A stretch of 46,387 bases of DNA from Miltoncostaeaceae bacterium (GTDB taxonomy: Bacteria; Actinomycetota; Thermoleophilia; Miltoncostaeales; Miltoncostaeaceae), in NCBI GenBank assembly GCA_030598395.1, contig JAUVPZ010000001.1:1-46387 (forward strand), read 5' to 3'. A program made the translations under genes and the position numbers. Position 1 is the stretch's first letter, and every line of letters begins with the position of its first letter. Of the stretch, positions 19,901-27,528 are shown in pieces. Under the pieces are notes generated by a model that did not search any database, had not been told where the DNA came from, and was given only the letters and a program-made list of their open reading frames with translations.

Positions 19901-19988
19901 GAGATCACGCTAGCAGCGGCCCGCCGTGCGCCGCCGCAACCGGGGCGCCGCGGCACACCGCCGTGCCTGCTCGGTAGCCTCGTGCCCT

Positions 19989-20477
19989 ATGGGCCTGTGG
20001 GCGGCTGCGGCGCTGACATCGATCGACCGGCGGCTGGGCGCAGACCTTCGGCGGCGGTACGGGCGCGGCGCGCCCGGAGCCGCCGGACAGGTGGCCGCGG
20101 AGGCGCTGTCCCCGGCCTTCCGGCTCGTGGTGGCCGCGCTGATCGTTGTGCCGCGCACGCGTCGCGCAGGCGCCGAAGCGCTGGCCAGCGGGACCCTCGC
20201 GGCCGTGGCGGCGCGAGTGGCGCGCGACCGGCTGGGTCGCCCCCGCCCCGGACCGCGCGCCGACGCGGGCTTTCCTTCCCGCCACGCGGCCGCGGCGGTC
20301 GCGATCGCCCGCGCTGCCGGGCGCGTGGAGCCGCGGCTTCGGCTGCCGCTCGCGCTGGCGGCCGCCGCGGGTCTGGCTGGCCGGGTGCTGACCGGCGAGC
20401 ACGAGCCGGGTGACATCGGGGCCGGTGCCGCGCTGGGCTGGGCCGTCGACCGGGCGGTGGAGCGCCTGGTGCGGTAG
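19989..20477 (+). CDS. PAP2-superfamily phosphatase
   Basis: ORF 19926..20477, start placed at ATG 19989. Motifs RLGRPRP, PSRH and GRVLTGEHEPGD match the PAP2 C1/C2/C3 pattern. Confidence 0.7.
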   Translation: MGLWAAAALTSIDRRLGADLRRRYGRGAPGAAGQVAAEALSPAFRLVVAALIVVPRTRRAGAEALASGTLAAVAARVARDRLGRPRPGPRADAGFPSRHAAAAVAIARAAGRVEPRLRLPLALAAAAGLAGRVLTGEHEPGDIGAGAALGWAVDRAVERLVR

Positions 20478-20576
20478 CCGCGCCGGCGCCATCCGCGGCC
20501 AGGTGCGGCCGGCGGACGGACACGACGGAGCACTAGACTGCCCGCTTTCCGCGCGTCGCGTCGATGGAGGTGACGG

Positions 20577-21533
20577 ATGCCTGAGGGCCTTCTCGCTGGC
20601 GTGCCCCACCCCGCGCTGCGCGGGCGCTCGCTGCTGACGCAGCAGCACCACCCACCCGAGACCGTCGTGGCCATACTCGATCTCGCCGACCGGCTGCGGG
20701 ACGCGGGCAGCCGCTGGCCGCCCGCGCTGGCGGGCCGCGTCGTGGCGCTGATCTTCGAGCGACCCTCCACGCGCACGCGGGTGTCGTTCGAGGCGGGCAT
20801 CGCCCGGCTTGGCGGGGCAAGCCTGGCGCTGGCGGGCCGCGACCTGCAGCTGGGGCGCGGCGAGACGATCGAGGACACCGCCCGGGTGCTGTCGCGGATG
20901 GTCGATGCGGTGGTGCTGCGCACGGGTCCCCACGAGAACCTCCTGGAGCTCGACCGTCACGCCGACGTGCCCGTGATCAACGGCCTCACGTACGAGCACC
21001 ATCCCTGTCAGGCGCTGGCCGATGCCCAGACCGTCCGGGCGCGCTTCGGTGAGCTCCGGGGCCTGCGGACCGCCTTCGTGGGCGACGGCAACAACTGCTG
21101 CGCCTCGCTGATGATCGTTGGGGCGCTCACCGGCATGGAGGTCGTGGCGGCCTGCCCGCCGGGCCACGAGCCAGATCCCGCCATCGTGGCCTGGGCCGAC
21201 GCCGCGGGACGCGAGCGCGGAGGCGGGGCAGCGGTAGTGGCGGACCCGCACGAGGCGGTGGCGGGGGCGCGCGCGGTGTACACCGATACCTGGGTCTCCA
21301 TGGGTGACGAGGAGGAGGCCGAGCAGCGGCGGCGGGCGTTCGCGGGGTACCAGGTCAACGACGCGTTGCTGGACCGCGCGGCGCCGGGCGCCGTTGCGCT
21401 CCACTGCCTGCCCGCGCACCAGGGTGAGGAGATTACCGACGAGGTGCTGCACGGCCCGCGCTCGGCCGTGTGGGATCAGGCCGAGAACCGCATGCACGCA
21501 CAGGCTGCGCTGCTGCTGCACACCCTCGGCTGA
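20577..21533 (+). CDS. argF: ornithine carbamoyltransferase
   Basis: ORF 20577..21533: FERPSTRTR, HPCQALAD, DTWVSMG, HCLPAH. SD GGAGGTG upstream. No other arg genes are adjacent. Confidence 0.9.
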   Translation: MPEGLLAGVPHPALRGRSLLTQQHHPPETVVAILDLADRLRDAGSRWPPALAGRVVALIFERPSTRTRVSFEAGIARLGGASLALAGRDLQLGRGETIEDTARVLSRMVDAVVLRTGPHENLLELDRHADVPVINGLTYEHHPCQALADAQTVRARFGELRGLRTAFVGDGNNCCASLMIVGALTGMEVVAACPPGHEPDPAIVAWADAAGRERGGGAAVVADPHEAVAGARAVYTDTWVSMGDEEEAEQRRRAFAGYQVNDALLDRAAPGAVALHCLPAHQGEEITDEVLHGPRSAVWDQAENRMHAQAALLLHTLG

Positions 21534-21692
21534 GCGCGCCAGGCCCGGCGGGGGCACGGACCGTCCTGTTGCCGCTGCTCTTCCTGCCGCTCAGGCCGCC
21601 GGCGTGGCCCTGGCTTGTGATCTACTTCGCCTTGCAGCCCTGTTCTCGGGACAGGGGGCGGCCGGCGATGACACCCTTGAAACTGCCCATGC

Positions 21693-22007
21693 ATGTCTGA
21701 CTCGGGACGCTGGATGGGCTTCTTCCGGCGGCGGCGGCGCGAGCGGCCCGAGCCCGTGCGCTGGGTGCGGGTGGGTCTGGCGATGCACCAGCCGGAGGCC
21801 GAGCTGCTGGCGAGCGTGCTGGCCGAGATCGAGGTGCCGGTGATCATCCGCCGCACGACGATGGACGTGCCGGAGATGCTGGCGGCCGGCCCGCGCGAGC
21901 TGCTGGTGCCGGCCGACCGCGAGCTCGAGGCGCGGGCCCTGCTGGACCCCCTTCCCGAGGATCCGGACGACGCGGACTCGCCGGACGCGCAACAATCCTC
22001 GCCATGA
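21693..22007 (+). CDS. DUF2007-like small protein (putative signal-transducing fold)
   Basis: ORF 21693..22007: ...VRVGLAMHQPEAELLASVLAEIEVPVIIRR...LLVPADRELEARALL. ATGA overlap with the FIST gene. Confidence 0.55.
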   Translation: MSDSGRWMGFFRRRRRERPEPVRWVRVGLAMHQPEAELLASVLAEIEVPVIIRRTTMDVPEMLAAGPRELLVPADRELEARALLDPLPEDPDDADSPDAQQSSP

Positions 22008-23209
22008 CCGACCAGATCGCCTTCGGCGCCGGCCTGTGCGAGGCGGAGAGCCTTCCGGCGCCGGCCGCTCGGGCCGCCGAGGCCGCTGCCGACGCGCTGG
22101 GCCCCGGGCCCGTGACGCTGGCGGTGGTGTTCGCGTCGCCCGGCCACTGCGAGAGCGCCGACGAGCTCTTGGGCCCCGTCCACGAGCGCCTCGAGCCCGA
22201 GCACCTGGTGGGCTGCATGACCGAGACCGTGCTCGGCGGCTCGCGCGAGGCCGAGCACGAGCCCGCCGTGGCGGTGTGGGCGGCGCGACTGCCGGGCGCC
22301 GAGGTGTTGCCGTTCCGGCTGGTCGCCCGGCCGGTCGACGAGGGCCTGGGCATCATCGGCTGGCCGGACGCCCTGGACGGAAGCGAGGGCTGGACCGTGC
22401 TCCTGTTCGCCGATCCGTTCACCTTCCCCGCCGACGGGCTGCTGGGCAGGCTCAACCAGACCGTGCCCGCGGCGCCGGTGGTGGGCGGCATGGCGTCGGG
22501 CGGGCGCCGGCCGGGCGAGCACCGGCTGTTCGCCGGCCGGGAGTCGCTGTCCGAGGGAGCGGTGGCCGTGGCGCTACGCGGCGTGCCCATCTCGCTGGGG
22601 GTGTCCCAGGGGTGCGCGCCCATCGGGCCGGAGATGGTGATCACCGCGGCCGACGGCAGCGCCGTCGAGGAGCTGGCCGGTGTGCCGGCGGTGCAGAAGC
22701 TCGAGGATGTGATCGCCGGCTTCACCGACGAGGAGCGTCGCCTGGCCGAGGGCGGCCTGCTGGCGGGGCTGGTCATCGATGAGAACCAACCCGAGTACGA
22801 GCACGGCAGCTTCCTCATCCGCGCGATCCACGGCGGCGATCGCGAGACGGGTGCACTGCTGGTGGGTGAGCAGGTCCGGGTGGGCCAGACCATGCGCCTG
22901 CACGCCCGCGACGCCGCGTCGGCCGACGACGACCTGCGCACCGTGCTGCGCGCCACCAGGGAGGGACTGGGCGGCAGGGCACCGGGCGGCGCGTTGATCT
23001 TCAGCTGCAACGGGCGCGGCTCGCACATGTTCCCGGTGCCCGATCACGACGCGGCCGCGGTGGCGCAGGAGCTGGCCGAGGCGCCGGCCGCGGGCATGTT
23101 CTGCAACGGTGAGATCGGCCCAGTCGGAGGGCGTAACTTCCTGCACGGCTTCACGGCCACGATGGCCGTGTTTCCGGCCACGCTCGACACCAGCGAGGGT
23201 AGTGAATAA
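22004..23209 (+). CDS. FIST N/C domain sensory protein
   Basis: ORF 22004..23209, 401 aa: ...LAVVFASPGH...GGMASGG...ALIFSCNGRG...GMFCNGEIGP, typical of FIST_N plus FIST_C. Confidence 0.75.
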   Translation: MTDQIAFGAGLCEAESLPAPAARAAEAAADALGPGPVTLAVVFASPGHCESADELLGPVHERLEPEHLVGCMTETVLGGSREAEHEPAVAVWAARLPGAEVLPFRLVARPVDEGLGIIGWPDALDGSEGWTVLLFADPFTFPADGLLGRLNQTVPAAPVVGGMASGGRRPGEHRLFAGRESLSEGAVAVALRGVPISLGVSQGCAPIGPEMVITAADGSAVEELAGVPAVQKLEDVIAGFTDEERRLAEGGLLAGLVIDENQPEYEHGSFLIRAIHGGDRETGALLVGEQVRVGQTMRLHARDAASADDDLRTVLRATREGLGGRAPGGALIFSCNGRGSHMFPVPDHDAAAVAQELAEAPAAGMFCNGEIGPVGGRNFLHGFTATMAVFPATLDTSEGSE

Positions 23210-23353
23210 CGCTCTTCGCCGGGCGTCTGTAGAGAGCTGTGACTATATGTCGGCGCTATTCACGTTGCAATTGATCATGTAGTACGCTCGCCGACGTTGT
23301 GTTAGGGTCGTCGCGTCATACCCGGCGGGCGACTGGGTGAAGAGGTCACGTAC
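23210..23353 (+). promoter_or_regulatory. locally AT-richer intergenic island with candidate promoter boxes and overlapping palindromes
   Basis: Candidate -35 TTCACG (23259-23264), 18-nt spacer, -10 TACGCT (23283-23288). Palindromes CAATTG (23268-23273) and TGATCA (23272-23277). SD GAAGAGG lies before ATG 23354. Confidence 0.35.
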
Positions 23354-23758
23354 ATGAGCGAGCAGGCCCAAGGCGACAGCGCGACGCGCGGCACGGTGGG
23401 ACAGGAGATCTTCGAGCGCGTCGAGCAACTCGTGTCCGACGAGAAGGTCACGCGCACCGAGGCCTTCCAGCGAATCTCCGACGAAACGGGGCGCCGGGCC
23501 GGCACCGTGGCGGCCAACTACTACCGCGTGGCCCGCCAGCGTGGCAAGCCGCTGCAGCGGCGAGGGCGCCGCCGGGGTAGCGGCCCCCGGCGCAAGCGCC
23601 CCGGCACCGACGCGTCGGCGGCGGCCGAGCGGGCCACCGAGGCGCTCGGCGAGCTGGCCGCGGTGGTGCGGCGCCAGGAGAAGGAGCTGGCGGGCATGCG
23701 CGAGCAGATCGACCAGCTCGAGAAGCTCAAGCGCTGGATGAACCGCAACATCGAATAG
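23354..23758 (+). CDS. hypothetical protein: helical N-terminal domain, Arg/Lys-rich linker, C-terminal coiled coil (possible DNA-binding protein)
   Basis: ORF 23354..23758: ...VTRTEAFQRISDETGRRAGTVAANYYRVARQRG, then RRGRRRGSGPRRKRPG, then ELAGMREQIDQLEKLKRWM. High GC3. Confidence 0.6.
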   Translation: MSEQAQGDSATRGTVGQEIFERVEQLVSDEKVTRTEAFQRISDETGRRAGTVAANYYRVARQRGKPLQRRGRRRGSGPRRKRPGTDASAAAERATEALGELAAVVRRQEKELAGMREQIDQLEKLKRWMNRNIE

Positions 23759-23762
23759 CGCT

Positions 23763-24782
23763 TCAGGCGGTGATCACGGGCCGCTTCGCGCCGCCGGCGC
23801 GGAGCGTCTCGGCGACATCCTCCAGGGCGATCGGGGGACCCAGGATCTCGTCGACCGGCAGCCGGTCGCCGGCCAGCAGCCGGAGCGCCTGACGCACGGC
23901 CCCGGGCGTGTGGTGATACGAGCCGCGCACGGTCAGCTCGCCGTAGTGCAGCGGCTCGGTGGGAAGACTCACCTCGCTGCCCGGCGGGCAGCCGCCGTGC
24001 AGCAGCACCTCACCGCCCGGCCGGGCGAGCTCCACGGCCGACCGCCAGGCCTCGGGGCTGCCCACGGCCTCGACCACCGCATCGGCGCCGCGGCGCCCCG
24101 GCGTGCCGGCCAGCACCGCCTCTAGGCCGGCAGGGTCCCGCGGGGCGGGAAGGGCACGCTCGGCACCGGCGCGCATCGCCCGCTTGCGACGAAGACGGTG
24201 CGGGTCGCAGAGCGTCACGCGGCACCCCCGGTCGGCGAGGAGGGCGGTGAACGCGAGACCCTGAAGCCCGCCGCCCAGCACGATGACGGCATCGCCCTCG
24301 CCGGCGCTGCAGCGCGCGGCACCGTGCACTGCGCACGCCAGCGGCTCGACCATCGCGGCGCGCTCCACCGGCAGCCCGGACGGCACCGGCACAGCGTTCT
24401 TGGCCACGATCGGCGCCGGCACCAGCAGGCGCTCGGCGAACGCCCCCGTGAGGTAGGTGATGCGCCGGCACAGGTTCTCTCGGTCGGCGTGGCAATCCGG
24501 GCAATCGCCGCACGGCGCCGAGTTGACGACGGTGACCAGCTCGCCGGGCCGCAGATTGGTGACGCCGGGCCCCACCGCCTCGACCGTACCGGCCGCCTCA
24601 TGGCCGAACGGCGCGGGAAGCGGCGGCAGTGCGGGGTGGGCGCCGCGCCGCATCATCTTGGCGTCGGTGGCGCAGGTGAGCGCCGCCTCCACCCGCAGCA
24701 CGGCCTCGCCCGGGCCCGGAATGGGGTCGGGGACCTCCTGCAACCGCAGGTCGTCGGGGCCGTGGAGCCACAGCGCGCGCAT
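23763..24782 (-). CDS. zinc-dependent alcohol dehydrogenase (MDR family, sorbitol/threonine dehydrogenase-like)
   Basis: ORF 23763..24782: ...CATDAKM...GHEAAGTV, structural Zn cluster CGDCPDCHADRENLC, Rossmann motif VLGGGLQG. Confidence 0.85.
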   Translation of the reverse strand: MRALWLHGPDDLRLQEVPDPIPGPGEAVLRVEAALTCATDAKMMRRGAHPALPPLPAPFGHEAAGTVEAVGPGVTNLRPGELVTVVNSAPCGDCPDCHADRENLCRRITYLTGAFAERLLVPAPIVAKNAVPVPSGLPVERAAMVEPLACAVHGAARCSAGEGDAVIVLGGGLQGLAFTALLADRGCRVTLCDPHRLRRKRAMRAGAERALPAPRDPAGLEAVLAGTPGRRGADAVVEAVGSPEAWRSAVELARPGGEVLLHGGCPPGSEVSLPTEPLHYGELTVRGSYHHTPGAVRQALRLLAGDRLPVDEILGPPIALEDVAETLRAGGAKRPVITA

Positions 24783-24801
24783 CGGGGTGACGCTACTACC
24801 T

Positions 24802-24853
24802 AGTGTCCCGAGTCGGGGGTCGTCACTGCCCAGGCTTTCCGACTCGGGACGCT
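24802..24853. promoter_or_regulatory. long inverted repeat (12-bp perfect core, extendable to 15 bp with one G-T pair) in the divergent ADH/hopanoid-cluster intergenic region
   Basis: GTCCCGAGTCGG at 24805-24816 and CCGACTCGGGAC at 24839-24850, separated by 22 nt. The flanks AGT/GCT extend the stem. Confidence 0.6.
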
Positions 24854-24857
24854 CGCG

Positions 24858-24868
24858 TTACCGTTCCG
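24858..24868 (-). repeat. copy C (reverse orientation) of the CGGAACGGTAA motif, 4 nt upstream of the polyprenyl synthase GTG
   Basis: Plus strand reads TTACCGTTCCG at 24858-24868. Confidence 0.55.
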
Positions 24869-24872
24869 GCGC

Positions 24873-25775
24873 GTGGCCGAGCACGACTACCCGGAGCACC
24901 TGCGCGAGATGGTCGAGGACTACCTCGACGCGCTCGACTTCTCGTCGCCGCTGCCCGACGACCAGGCCGACGCGGCGGGCACCGAGGGTCTGGTGGAGGC
25001 CATGCGGTACTCGCTGCTTGCCGGCGGCAAGCGCATCCGGCCGGTGCTGGCGCTGGCCACGTGTGAGAGCCTCGGCGAGCCGCCACAGCGGCTGCTGCCG
25101 ACCGCCGCCGCCATCGAGCTCGTGCACACCTACTCGCTGATCCACGACGACCTGCCGGCAATGGACGACGACGACCTGCGCCGGGGGCGGCCCACCTGCC
25201 ACCGCCTCTACGGCGACGACACCGCCATCCTGGCCGGCGACGCGCTGTATGCCGAGGCGGTCCGGCTGATCTCTGAGCGCCAGGAGGGCGGCCCCGCCGT
25301 TGTGGTGGGCATCCTGTCGGAGCTCAGCCGCGCCACGGGGGTGAACGGCATGGTCGGCGGCCAGTTCCTTGACCTGCGGGACGCCGGGCATGCCGGGACC
25401 GACGCGCTCCGGCGGGTCCACGCGCTCAAGACGGGCCGTCTGATGGCGTGCGCGGTGCACTGCGGCCTGGTGCTGGCGCCACCGGCCGAGCAGGTGGACG
25501 CCGCCTACCGCGCCTTCGCGCGGGAGCTGGGGCTGCTGTTCCAGATCGTGGACGACATCCTCGACGTCGCGGGGTCGGAGGCCGACCTGGGCAAGCCAGT
25601 GGGAGCCGACGAGCGCATGGGGAAGGTCACCTACGTCAGCCTGCACGGGCTTGGCCGCGCGCGTGCCATGGCCACCCAGACCCACGCCCGCGCCCGCGAG
25701 CTGCTGCACGCGGTGCCCGGCCCCGTCGACGACCTGGTGGCCCTCACCGACCTGGTCTTCGCCCGGCACAGCTGA
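24873..25775 (+). CDS. polyprenyl diphosphate synthase (FPP/GGPP synthase type)
   Basis: ORF 24873..25775: GGKRIRP, first DDxxD region LIHDDLPAMDDDDLRRG, second motif FQIVDDILD. Confidence 0.9.
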   Translation: MAEHDYPEHLREMVEDYLDALDFSSPLPDDQADAAGTEGLVEAMRYSLLAGGKRIRPVLALATCESLGEPPQRLLPTAAAIELVHTYSLIHDDLPAMDDDDLRRGRPTCHRLYGDDTAILAGDALYAEAVRLISERQEGGPAVVVGILSELSRATGVNGMVGGQFLDLRDAGHAGTDALRRVHALKTGRLMACAVHCGLVLAPPAEQVDAAYRAFARELGLLFQIVDDILDVAGSEADLGKPVGADERMGKVTYVSLHGLGRARAMATQTHARARELLHAVPGPVDDLVALTDLVFARHS

Positions 25776-25797
25776 GTCGGGCGCGCGCGGGACGGCC

Positions 25798-25810
25798 GCG
25801 GAACGGTAAT
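25798..25810 (+). repeat. copy B of the intergenic motif GCGGAACGGTAAT
   Basis: Exact 13-mer identical to 12731-12743. Lies between the polyprenyl synthase gene and hpnH. Confidence 0.6.
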
Positions 25811-25855
25811 GTTCGCGTCGCCCGCCAGGCGATCGCGACGACAGGGGGGTGGGCA

Positions 25856-26863
25856 GTGTCACAGAGGCCGGTTTCCCTCGAGCTGGGCATGGCGACCTAC
25901 CTGGTCAAGAAGCGGCTCATCGAACGCCGTGAGCGCTTCCCCGTCACACTCATGCTGGAGCCGCTCGAGATCTGCAACCTCGCCTGTCACGGATGCGGCC
26001 GCATCCGTGAGTACGAGCACGTCTTCGACAAGCGCATGGAGGTCGAGGAATGCCTGCGGGTGGCCGACGAGGCCGGCGCGCCGATCGTCAACATCCCCGG
26101 CGGCGAGCCCATGATCCACAAGCAGATCGACGAGATCGTGCTGGGCATCCAGGCGCAGGGGCGGTTCGTCTACATGTGCACCAACGGCCTGCTGATGAAC
26201 CGGGCTTTCGGACGCATCCCGCCCAGCGACCGCTTCGCCTTCGTGGTGCACCTGGACGGCATGCGCGAGGTGCACGACCACGCGGTGGACCGGGAGGGCG
26301 TGTTCGACACGGCCACGGCCTACATGCGGGAGGCCATCGACCTGGGCTACCGGGTGTGCACCAACACCACGATCTACCGAGGCACGCCGCCGGACGCGTA
26401 CGTGGAGCTGTTCACGTTCGTCAGGGAGATGGGCGTGGAGGGGTGTATCACCTCGCCGGGCTTCGACTACGAGTCGGTCACCCACGACCGGGAGCAGTTC
26501 CTGGCCCGCAAGGAGGCGCAGGCGCTGTACACCGAGGTGCACGAACTGTGCGACCACCTCGACGTGCCCTTCTACAACAACCCCCTGTTCCACGAGTTCC
26601 TTCAGGGCAAGCGCGACTACCAGTGCACGGCGTGGGCCATGCCCACCTACACCGTCGAGGGCTGGCGTAGCCCCTGCTACCTGCTGGCCGACAAGCACGT
26701 CGACAGCCTTCGCGCGTTGTACGAGGACACCAATTGGGAGGACTACGGCACCGGCCGTGACCCGCGCTGCGCGAACTGCCTGATGCATTGTGGCTACGAG
26801 GCCAGCACCATCCTCGACGCCTTCTCCAGCCCGCGCGACTTGGTGGCGCTCGCGCGGTCGTGA
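25856..26863 (+). CDS. hpnH: adenosyl-hopene transferase, radical SAM
   Basis: ORF 25448..26863, start placed at GTG 25856 (SD GGGGGG upstream): ...FPVTLMLEPLEICNLACHGCGRI (CxxxCxxC)...PGGEP...CTNG. Length and cluster context fit HpnH. Confidence 0.85.
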   Translation: MSQRPVSLELGMATYLVKKRLIERRERFPVTLMLEPLEICNLACHGCGRIREYEHVFDKRMEVEECLRVADEAGAPIVNIPGGEPMIHKQIDEIVLGIQAQGRFVYMCTNGLLMNRAFGRIPPSDRFAFVVHLDGMREVHDHAVDREGVFDTATAYMREAIDLGYRVCTNTTIYRGTPPDAYVELFTFVREMGVEGCITSPGFDYESVTHDREQFLARKEAQALYTEVHELCDHLDVPFYNNPLFHEFLQGKRDYQCTAWAMPTYTVEGWRSPCYLLADKHVDSLRALYEDTNWEDYGTGRDPRCANCLMHCGYEASTILDAFSSPRDLVALARS

Positions 26864-27528
26864 CGCCGGCAGTGGCCGCCGCGCGGGCCGGCGCCCCCGC
26901 CGCGGTGGTCTGCGCCGTGCCCGCCGAGGCGCGTGCGCTCCGTCGCCTCGGTTCGCTGGCCGTCGTCCACGTGGGCGGCATCGGCGCCCGACCCGCCGCC
27001 CGCGCGGCGGCGTCGGCGCTGGCGGAGCGCCCCGCGGCGCTGCTGTCGGCGGGTTTCTGCGGCGGCGCCGATCCGTCGCTGTCGGTAGGCGACCTGGTCG
27101 CCGCCGAGGTCGTGGTGGACGGGGCGAGTGGCCGGCGCTTCACCGCGGACCCCGACCTGCTGGCGGCCGCGCCGGGGCGCCGGGGCCGGCTGACCACGCT
27201 GCCGCGCCTCGCCGGGACGCCACAGACCAAGCTGGCCATCGGCGGCCTGGCACTGGACATGGAATCGGCGGCGCTCGCAGCGGCGGCGGCCGACGCCGGC
27301 GTGCCCTTCCTGGCGCTGCGGGCCGTCACCGACGAGTGCCGGCACCGCCTCCCCCGACTCGAGGATGCCGTCGACGTCGACGGCATCCTCGGGGCACGCG
27401 CGGTCGCACGCCGGCTTGCGGGCCACCCGCGCGAGATCCCCTACCTGCTGCGTCTGGGCCCGGCCTCACGGCGCGCGGGGCGGGCGCTCGCCGACGGCGT
27501 GGCCAGCACGCTCGAGGGCATCGCATGA
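26860..27528 (+). CDS. hpnG: hopanoid-associated phosphorylase/nucleosidase
   Basis: ORF 26788..27528 from GTG 26860 (GTGA overlap with the hpnH stop). PNP/UDP-phosphorylase-like ...GGLALDMESAALA...LRAVTD, in cluster context. Confidence 0.7.
   Translation: MTPAVAAARAGAPAAVVCAVPAEARALRRLGSLAVVHVGGIGARPAARAAASALAERPAALLSAGFCGGADPSLSVGDLVAAEVVVDGASGRRFTADPDLLAAAPGRRGRLTTLPRLAGTPQTKLAIGGLALDMESAALAAAAADAGVPFLALRAVTDECRHRLPRLEDAVDVDGILGARAVARRLAGHPREIPYLLRLGPASRRAGRALADGVASTLEGIA

Noticed and set aside
19905-21557. A 550-aa minus-strand ORF antisense to the PAP2 gene and argF.
   Set aside because: No motifs and Arg/Gly/Pro-rich. The plus strand encodes a textbook ornithine carbamoyltransferase.
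21699-21711. The 13-mer GACTCGGGACGCT at the DUF2007 start is identical to the right arm of the inverted repeat at 24841-24853. This could be a shared operator half-site.
   Set aside because: With about 10^9 position pairs in 46 kb and strong GC bias, several exact 13-mer coincidences are expected by chance. One copy is inside a coding region, and no second half-site is nearby.
25800-25830. GGAAC within the recurrent motif read as an ECF-sigma -35 element.
   Set aside because: No GTT/CGTC-type -10 lies at the required 16-18 nt spacing in copies B or C (CGTC lies only 11 nt downstream). Copy A would drive transcription antisense to dus.
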